Shown here: one piece after another, positions 55,737 through 64,000 of the stretch
Layout: each line of letters starts with the position of its first letter
Numbering within the stretch: position 1 is the stretch's first letter
From: Octopus sinensis
Lineage: Eukaryota
Direction: 5' to 3'
Assembly: GCF_006345805.1 (NCBI RefSeq)
Contig: NC_043004.1
Location: 65,348,001 to 65,412,000, forward strand
DNA: 64,000 bases
Program-made: the position numbers and the translations under genes
Notes under the pieces: generated by a model
The model's database searches: none
What the model saw: only the letters and a program-made list of their open reading frames with translations
What the model was told of the DNA's origin: nothing

Positions 55737-56070
55737 GTGAAGGCGCATGTTTCAGTAGTTAGTGTGATGGACTTACAATGATGAGGTAGAGAGTTCGTTT
55801 CCCAGAACCGGCTGTGTGTTGTATTTTTGGTGCAAAACACTTTATTTCACGCTGTTCCAGTTCACTCAACTGTAGAAATGAGATATGACATCATTAGTCG
55901 TATCTCATTTCTATTTTATCATTGGATAACATCAGTGTCATGGGGGTATGCATAGGCGACTGCTGGTCTTTCAAAAACAAACTCGTCCGGACTTGTGCCT
56001 CGGAGAGTATCTTCCTAGATGCAATCCCTTTGTCATTCACGACCGAAGTTGGCGGGGTGGGGTTGACTTT
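55737..56070 (+). mobile_element. SINE family E-like, diverged, alternative tail
   Basis: GAAGGCGCATG head, AACACTTTATTTCACGCTGTTCCAGTTCACTCA domain. Confidence 0.6.
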
Positions 56071-56511
56071 ACCCCTATCTTATACAAAACCCTACGTAGG
56101 ATCTGAAATCCCAGGGCAAAAATATTACTCACAGGGCTTAATATGTTATGTCAACGAATGGGATGTGTGGTATTACATTGAATTCTTTGGTAACGCGTTT
56201 CGATAGATCATAGAATATATATTTCATGAATTTAAACATTAATATGCGTTTTAATGAATTTGCGATAATCTTTGCAAATTATACAAGAAGACCAGCAACC
56301 TTGAGTGAGGGACGAATTCGATGACATCTACCCCAGTACTTCACTGGCAATTATTTTATTGACCTCGAAATAATTAAAGGCAAATTCAACCTTGCTGGCA
56401 TTTGAATAGCGAACGTATAGAGGAACGATGCACCTCCTCTGACACTGGTTGAAAGAAAATGAAGTAATACATTATGTATACATATATATGTGTGAGCGCT
56501 CAGCAAAAAGT

Positions 56512-57255
56512 TTAGTGAGATTTGTGAAACTGTTTAGTTTTTAAGATATCTATAATATTTGCTGCATCCAACCACAAATATTGCTTACAAATATTCATCA
56601 GTCAACATACTTCATTTTTGAAAATGTTTGCTCACAGACATAAGTTGTTCCAAACATTGAGACCATACCAGATGCAAATTTCTTCAAATTTGAAAACTCA
56701 TCATCAGGTAAGCAGCGATAAAATTCAAGAATTCTCCCTTCTCTGTGATTCTATTTCAACAGTTGTTTAAAAATGAACGAGCACCAACCGTAGTTCGGCT
56801 GGAAAGTAATCAAAGTTACATTCAAGCGGATTCTGAACAAGAAGGTCCTAGATTTCTCGCGTATCTGTAGCACTATGTTCTCTCCAAGGTCTTCTTCTGT
56901 TCTCCGCACAACTGAGCTTGCTGAAAGACTGATACTTCCAAACAAATCGGCATTCTCGGGACACGAGTCATTTGCTGCTTCCATCATTGGTGAAGTTGCC
57001 GCGAGAAAATGGTTTTCTTCGCTCTGCTTTCTTATACAATATTTTGTAACTTGGACGAGTGACAGATTCATTGTCAGCAAACATTCTCCAAGACAATGTT
57101 TAAACACGGCAATGCAACTTAAAAGACGATCTCTGCAGGAATTAATTCTCAATGCAGTTACTTACACAGAAGGTACGCTGCGGCAGCTGGTCGGATGAAC
57201 TGACCTCGCGCACTGGATCTGGTCCATGGGCTGTAGTTTGTTGACTACCTCCCTG
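56512..57255 (-). mobile_element. Internally deleted hAT transposon (Charlie/GTF2IRD2/SPIN-OC1-like)
   Basis: N-part AANDSCPENADLFGSISLSASSVVRRTEEDLG joined to dimerisation domain EFYRCLPDDEFSNLKKFASGMVSMFGTTYVCEQTFSKMKY and terminal QFHKSH*. 5' end CAGGG..CAAACTACAGCCCATGGACCAGATCC next to ACCTAGAG. Confidence 0.85.
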
Positions 57256-57470
57256 ACCTAGAGTATACCAACAACGTACAATTCAACGTAACACGTGCTT
57301 TGGACGAGCCCCTTGGCGCTAAATACTCACAGGATTGGATTTCTGAGTAGAGAATCGGAATATCCTATTTTATACTTACCAACTATAGGCCCGAACAAAA
57401 GGTTTATCCAACCCTAATTGGTGCATATTTTTTCAAGTACCTGATTCCATATATATATATATATATATAT

Positions 57471-57656
57471 AGTCGCCATGCTCGATCGCTAAATCCACAG
57501 GTTTTTTTTATTCCCTCTTTATTTTCTCTTACTCCTTTCTTACTCCTTTCTCGAAACGTAAGAGACTTGCTCACTTTCCCAAGCGCCATATTAATACACC
57601 TACTTGTTATTCATACACGTGCCTTCGTCTTTCGTTTTTCTGTAAATTTCAACATT
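57471..57656 (+). mobile_element. Same ~200-bp family, 5' half of the ribozyme motif deleted
   Basis: GTCGCCATG..GATCGCT start, CTCGAAACGTAAGAGAC, TAATACACCT.CTTGTT. TA-rich repeats on both sides. Confidence 0.55.
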
Positions 57657-58119
57657 ATACATATACATATACATAAATGTATGTATATGTGTATGCTGCA
57701 CATGTATTTGATTTATGTAATTAAGTACTATATTACAATTACAATGGTATTATATGTTGAATTCTCGCGAGATTCTTCAATTACTATCCACTATTACTTT
57801 TACAAATACTACTAACTGTACTGTTTTGTAAGTGTGACACTTTTATTTAGCTACTACCTGATGTAGATTGACTTTTGTGTTGTGTTATTCTCACTTCAAT
57901 TTATGTTATTTTAATTTGAAAAACTGGGCTGGAACTTGGTCTATGGACTAAACAAATCGATATAGGACAAACAACTCAGGTGTTATGTACTTTTAAATTT
58001 TAATCTATTTTTCTTCTCAGGACATTTAGCCTGATTGTTATCTGGTACTCCTGTAAACAACCTTTACGTCCAATATCTTCGTTTGGTTTGGTTTCACACG
58101 CTTGATTAGTGAGGTTGGG

Positions 58120-58310
58120 GTCATTCACTCCAAGTTAGTGGACCCAGAGGTGTAGCATAAAGCCTCCCAGGTTCATCAGTGATCTCCATCATTGACGGTC
58201 CAGTGCCAGCACCTTTGCATCCTACAAAATGACGGTCAAACTCTGGAGATATTCCCTAATCACGTCCATTCATCTGGTGCGGGGTCCGCCACGTGGCCTC
58301 TTCCTATACA
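58120..58310 (-). mobile_element. RTE-clade LINE 3' end fragment
   Basis: RKRPRGGPRTR*MDVIREYL...AKVLALDRQ*WRSLM resembles the RTE ORF C-terminus. Confidence 0.65.
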
Positions 58311-59040
58311 CAGTTGTTGCATCGAATGAGACTAACGCCGTCAATGAAATCGTAGTGAGGCACAAGCTTGTCACTCGCAAACAATGAATCACGGAATCTC
58401 ACGATGAATACGAGAGAATCTATCCAGAAATCCACCTTCAACCTTAACATTAAAGGCTAGGATTAACATTTACAGACACAAGTGTATTTTCGATTCACTC
58501 CCTAACCAGAATCTTTCAGCCCGTACGCGAAACATTATATGATAAATCAAATCTTTAGCTTTGGAGATAGTTAAAAATGGAGTTCGTGCTATAGCAATAG
58601 CGTGGAAAAATTCATAGGCATATAAACCTACGCTCCAATATAAAACCATGCAGTAAGTTTTGTGGAGTGATTTCAGGAGAGGTTTTGTATTTTCATACAA
58701 ATTAGATTTTTCAAAGTGGCTAGGGAGTTTTGTTGGAATATTGATTTGGCAAAACAAATATAACGCGAAGTTGAGAAACCGTAAAGAATAAAAAGTAAGA
58801 AAAAAAAAACAAGAATAAAAATAAATAAAAATAAAACACAAACAAAAATTAATCTTTCGTCTATTATTTATACCTTATGCTATTTTTCTTTCGTGATTGA
58901 AGCGCAGTTCCTTATAATATAAGGGCAAATTAGATTTATATTTCCATGGGTTTCATTTGCAGAAAGGATTTGAATTGATTTGATTGCTTATAGACAGGTA
59001 CGTCATGAAATATGAGGAACATAAACTTACTTTCTATGAG

Positions 59041-59102
<62 letters not shown>

Positions 59103-59691
59103 GAGAGAGAGAGATGTATAATGATGTACCATAATAATATAAATTCTTTGATTTGAAGCGGCAATTTTTAAATACAAAGAAATGACCGAAAAAGATGAGG
59201 TAACCATAGCCAGAATCGAACCCAGAAACCAACGCTTGTGCATCCGATTGGACCAAACTCTCACCCATCAATTTCAGTCCAATTTAATGACTATATACTT
59301 AAACTGTCTAATGTTACATATAATATTTGTAAACAGACCAGAAAGGCATTGTTAGTTACGGAGAGTTATTATTATACTATGAGTCTTCCATAGCAGTTTT
59401 CTCTCCGTAACTTACAAAGACTTTCTGGTTTGTTTACAAATAGTCTATGAAATATTAGACAGTTTAAGTATATATTCATTTCATTTGGTTGAAATTGATG
59501 GGTGAGCGTTTGCCCAATTGGATGAACAAGGAGTCCTGTTAGCGTAGATTTGTGGGTTCGATTCTGGCTAGGGTTACCGCATAATTTGCTTGTATTTGAA
59601 AATTGTCGCTTCAAATCGGAGAATATATATTGTTATATAGTTTTTATTATACTATGAGTCTTTCATAGTAGCCTTATCTATATATATATAT

Positions 59692-59943
59692 ATCACGTGA
59701 TCACGTGACCTACCACATCGCTGGCCTTCAAATGACGCCACCCCGCTGGCTAAGCGTGCAGGCCAACACAAGAAAAAGTGGTGAAATAGTACAGTAGGAA
59801 TCACTACCCCGTGCTGGAGCCTCGTGGAGCTTTTAGGTGTTTTCGCTCAATAAATACTCACAGCGCCCGGTCTGGGAATAGAAACCGCGATCCTACGACC
59901 GCGAGTCCGCTGCCCTAACCACTGGGCCATTGCGCCTCCACAC
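59692..59943 (-). mobile_element. SINE family C with internal deletion
   Basis: Reverse complement of family C. Confidence 0.82.
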
Positions 59944-59999
59944 ATATATATATATATGTATATATATATTAGACATACATATTAAAGTCTTATGTATAT

Positions 60000-60044
<45 letters not shown>

Positions 60045-60047
<3 letters not shown>

Positions 60048-60152
60048 GACGGGCTTCTTTCAGTTTCCACTCACAATGCTTTGGTCCTCCCGAGGCTATT
60101 GTAGAAGATACTTGTCCAAGTTGCCATGCAGCGGGACTGAATCCGGAACCAT
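60045..60152 (-). mobile_element. SINE family A, 5' fragment
   Basis: GACGGGCTTCTTTCAGTTTCC...GGGACTGAATCCGGAACC. Confidence 0.7.
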
Positions 60153-60978
60153 ATGTAATATATATAAATATATCCTGCTACAACTATTCATAGTATTACT
60201 GTTACCATTGCCAATACTAATGTTCCTACCAATGAAAATTAATCGTACTTCATACACTGGGCCTAACCTCTCACAGATGTGAGAAGTTACTATAGTAATT
60301 CGAGTCCAGTACTTGGCTAATATTTTAATGTTTCAACACAGAACAAATGAAATGCAGATTTGATCATGGTGATATTTGAAATTAGAGCGTAAAGAACCGG
60401 AAAACATAACCCATAGCACTTTGTTCAACGCTCCAACGATTCTACGATGCAACCGCTCAACAGACAAAATTTAAAATAAGCGGAATATAAAATACAACAA
60501 CATAAGAATACAGGAAATTCATACAAAAGAGCCAAATCAATAACAAATATAAATAAAAATATGTAATTCATAAACATAAGTATAAACATATAATTCATAT
60601 AAAAATATATATAATTCAGAAAAACATAAATAAAAATTATATAATTCATAAAAAAATATATAAAATGTGTTCTTCATATTTTCAAGATTTTGTTTCATTC
60701 TGATCCGTCTTTATTTACTGACTATCATGTAGAATGGTTATAATATATTCGTCTGCTCTTCGGGGTGTTGTGCGGAAAAAGGAAATAAGAATAAAAATAA
60801 GTAAATAAAATGAACGGGAATGAAATGGCAGTTGTGATGGGAGAGATGAGGGTGATGATAATAATGATGACGTCGAGTATGACGAATGATGATGATGATG
60901 GTGGTGGTGGTGATTATGATGATAGTAATGATAATGATAACAAAAGAAGGAGAAGAAAGAGAAGGAGAAATAGGAGAA

Positions 60979-61011
<33 letters not shown>

Positions 61012-61022
61012 CAATAATAATA

Positions 61023-61078
<56 letters not shown>

Positions 61079-64000
61079 GAAACAACAGATTACACCGGGG
61101 ACGTTAAACATGTGAGAGCGATAAAACAGTGCTCCGAAATCTATCCACAAACATCGGAAACAAAGACATCGCATGGAGCTAAAAAATAACTGACAAAGGA
61201 TTGGACTATATCCGAGTAAGTAATACTCATTGAAATTTATTACTATTTTCAAAACGAAATGATGTATTTTAACTCGATATCATCTCCACCTCTAACACAA
61301 CACATGTAAACATGCCTGATACATTACGATCAATCAACACCAGATCATCTCCGGCCCCAAACACCATGTACATAAAAACTACGAATAAATTAAATAATAC
61401 GGTATTATTCAACCCAAGAATAACTATCGGGAAGTACGTAGTGTAAACTTACAACATAAAATGTACGGAAAACTACACGTGCAAAACAATGTGACAACAG
61501 AAATGAACGGACCGGTACCCTACGAAAATGACGACTGTCAAAATAATGGGCCGGACGTTGTTCCTCACGTCCCGCAAATAAAACCCAACAGACATAAATG
61601 GACACGTGAGGAATACATTTCTATCCTACACGCTTACTTTACAGCAGTGCTCTACCCAAAGAATGAAAATTCAACAACACATACATACAAAATATGGAAG
61701 AAAAATAACATAAATAAAGACCTGGATACAACAATGAAACCTAATAAACTAGCACATATACGGAGATATATTCTCAACGCAAAATAAATATCAGAAATAG
61801 AAATAGAACATTTAAAAGAAAAAAATACATCAGGAAAATGTAGCTAGAAGCCACACAACAATGCCAAATAATATAAACACTGAAACAGTAAAACACGAAG
61901 ACAAACGTAACATTTCCAACAAAAACGATGTAAACAAAAAACAACAAACCCAGACCGTAAAGATACATAATAATACACGACAAACAGCAAGCCAAAACAC
62001 GACAAGCAAACATACGAATGAGATAGAAAGCGACACAAATATAGAACCTGGAAACAACGAAGGGGAGCCTATTGATTATGATAATATAAAAAGTAGAATA
62101 ATCAAAGAACTGAAAACCACAGAGCTCAAAATGGACCACCGACCATAACTACCAAAAATCAAAATAGACAAAACAACAACATCAATTATAAACAACATAA
62201 ACCTAGCCGTCACGGAACTAATAGCCACTGAAACAAAAAGCGATATCACTGAGCTAAATGACTTAGTATACGCAGCAGCCACTGCCGCCACAAAAGAAGC
62301 TGGATACTCACTCAAACTCATCCAAACAGGAGTACCACCACCCAAACAAACCCTGTGGATAAATAACATCCAAAACAAAATACAAAAAATAAGAAAAGTC
62401 TGTCGATCCTTAATGAAATCAGTAGAGAATCAACGCTACTGAGCAACAAAAAGAAAACGAAAATACTCCGCAAATACAACACCACAGAAAAAGATTTACC
62501 TGAGATAAAAGAAAAGCTGAAGCAAGATATCCTTGCCAAAGCACAAAGGATCCGCCGGTACGAGAACGCCAACGTTTCTTTGAACAAAACAAACAGTTCA
62601 ACTCCAACCCCAAAAAGTTCTACCAAGAACTTGGCAAAAATAAAATAGAAATCACTACACCAACGGCAGAAGAAGTGGAAGAATTCTGGAGAGAAATATG
62701 GTCGGCGAACGAACAACCAAACAAAGGAGTATTAAAACAACAAACTCAGCATCTGAGCAACTTTGGACCCCCATAACAACTGAAGAGGTAACCCAGGCAC
62801 TGCAAAGACTAAGCAACTGGAAGGCACCAGGGCCTGACAAGATCCCCAACTTCTGGTTGAAATATCTAACAGGAATGCACAAAAAGCTGGCTGAAAACTT
62901 TAACAACATACTAGCAGAGCCAGAGACAATGCATGTATGGCTCACGAAGGGGAAAACCATCTTAATTCCCAAATCAAATGAGACAGCAAAACTAGAAAAC
63001 TACAGACCTATAACCTGTCTCCCTACAATGTACAAAGCATTTACTGCAGTAATATCGCAAAGATTGAACAAGCACCTGGACGAAAACAACCTGTTTCCAG
63101 AAGAGCAGAAAGGATGCCGCAAAGGCTCATATGGCTGTAAAGATCAACTAATGATCAATAAAGTCATAACTGAAGACAGCCACAGAAAGAAGAAAGGCCT
63201 CAGTATGGTCTGGATCGACTACAAAAAGGCGTTTGATAGCATACCCCACACATGGATTCTCGAAACACTAGCCATGAACAAAGTTGCACCAACAATTATG
63301 AAGTACATAAGACACTCTATGAATAAATGACAAACAGTGCTACAACTCCAAACAAAAGAGGGACTCATGAAAACCAAAGCCATCCTCATTAGAAGAGGAA
63401 TATTCCAGGGAGATACGCTCTCTCCACTCCTTTTCTGCTTGGCACTGTCACCTCTATCGGATATGATAAACAGAACTGGATGCGGATGTAAATGTTACGG
63501 CAAAACGATCAGCCATCTTTTATATATGGATGACCTAAAGCTATACGCTACAAATGACAAACAGCTGGAAACACGATTAAAGACAGTTCATGGATTTACC
63601 AAAGAAATAGATATGAAATTTGGATTAGAGAAATGCGCCAAAGTAACCCTGAAAAGAGGAAAACTAATTAAGAATAGCAACATCACACTAGATAAAACCA
63701 ATGAAATAAAAGAATTAGACCAAAGCCAAACTTATAAATACTTAGGAATCCATGAACTAGATAAGACACAACACACACAAATGAAAGAGAAAATAAAAAA
63801 AGAATATTATAGAAGAGGTAGATCAATACTGAAAACAGAGCTCAATGCTAAAAATAAGATAATATGTATCAACACTTTAGCCGTCCCAGTTATAAGTTAC
63901 AGCTACAATATCCTTAACTGGACACTAAATGAACTGACCAAAATAGATAGGAAAACAAGAAAAATAATGACAGGATCTAGGATGCATCACCCAAAATCTG
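61079..64000 (+). mobile_element. R4/Dong-like (RLE-class) non-LTR retrotransposon, near full 5' end, disrupted ORF, runs off the window
   Basis: Starts immediately after (TAA)n. N-terminal RHKWTREEY...KLAHIRRYIL motif (61461-61787). RT motifs KAPGPDKIPNFWLK, NYRPITCLPTMYK, EEQKGCRKG, WIDYKKAFDSIPH, RGIFQGDTLSPLLF, YMDD (63523-63534), KFGLEKCA, YKYLG, DRKTRKIM..HHPKS. Stops and frameshifts present, e.g. TGA at 63328-63330. Confidence 0.92.
62698..64000 (+). pseudogene. Reverse transcriptase domain of the R4/Dong-like element (premature stop at 63328)
   Basis: ORF 62698-63330 continues in the same frame after the TGA through YMDD and the thumb region to the window end. Confidence 0.92.

Overview
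Repeat-saturated, AT-rich eukaryotic non-coding DNA (intergenic or a large intron), most likely from an octopus. That assignment is an inference from the tRNA-derived SINE families and very dense (TA)n/(CA)n/(CTAT)n/(TAA)n microsatellites. No host protein-coding exon was recognised. Almost all ORFs in the supplied track are microsatellite read-throughs. All recognisable coding sequence is decayed transposon: a large R4/Dong-like RLE non-LTR retrotransposon (61.1-64 kb), older R4-like fragments (25.5-27.1 kb), a Penelope-like GIY-YIG C-terminus (30.2-30.45 kb), an L1/Tx1-like 3' end, an RTE 3' end, a deleted hAT, two Tc1/mariner remnants and a Tigger-like MITE. The most interesting signal is a set of at least six unrelated short elements, each carrying a type I hammerhead-ribozyme-like motif. 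They sit in (TA)n microsatellites, and several have a 5' fold-back inverted repeat. One is physically linked to the GIY-YIG fragment, which points to Penelope-like pseudo-LTRs or retrozyme-like derivatives. All folds and translations were done by eye, and ribozyme activity is untested.
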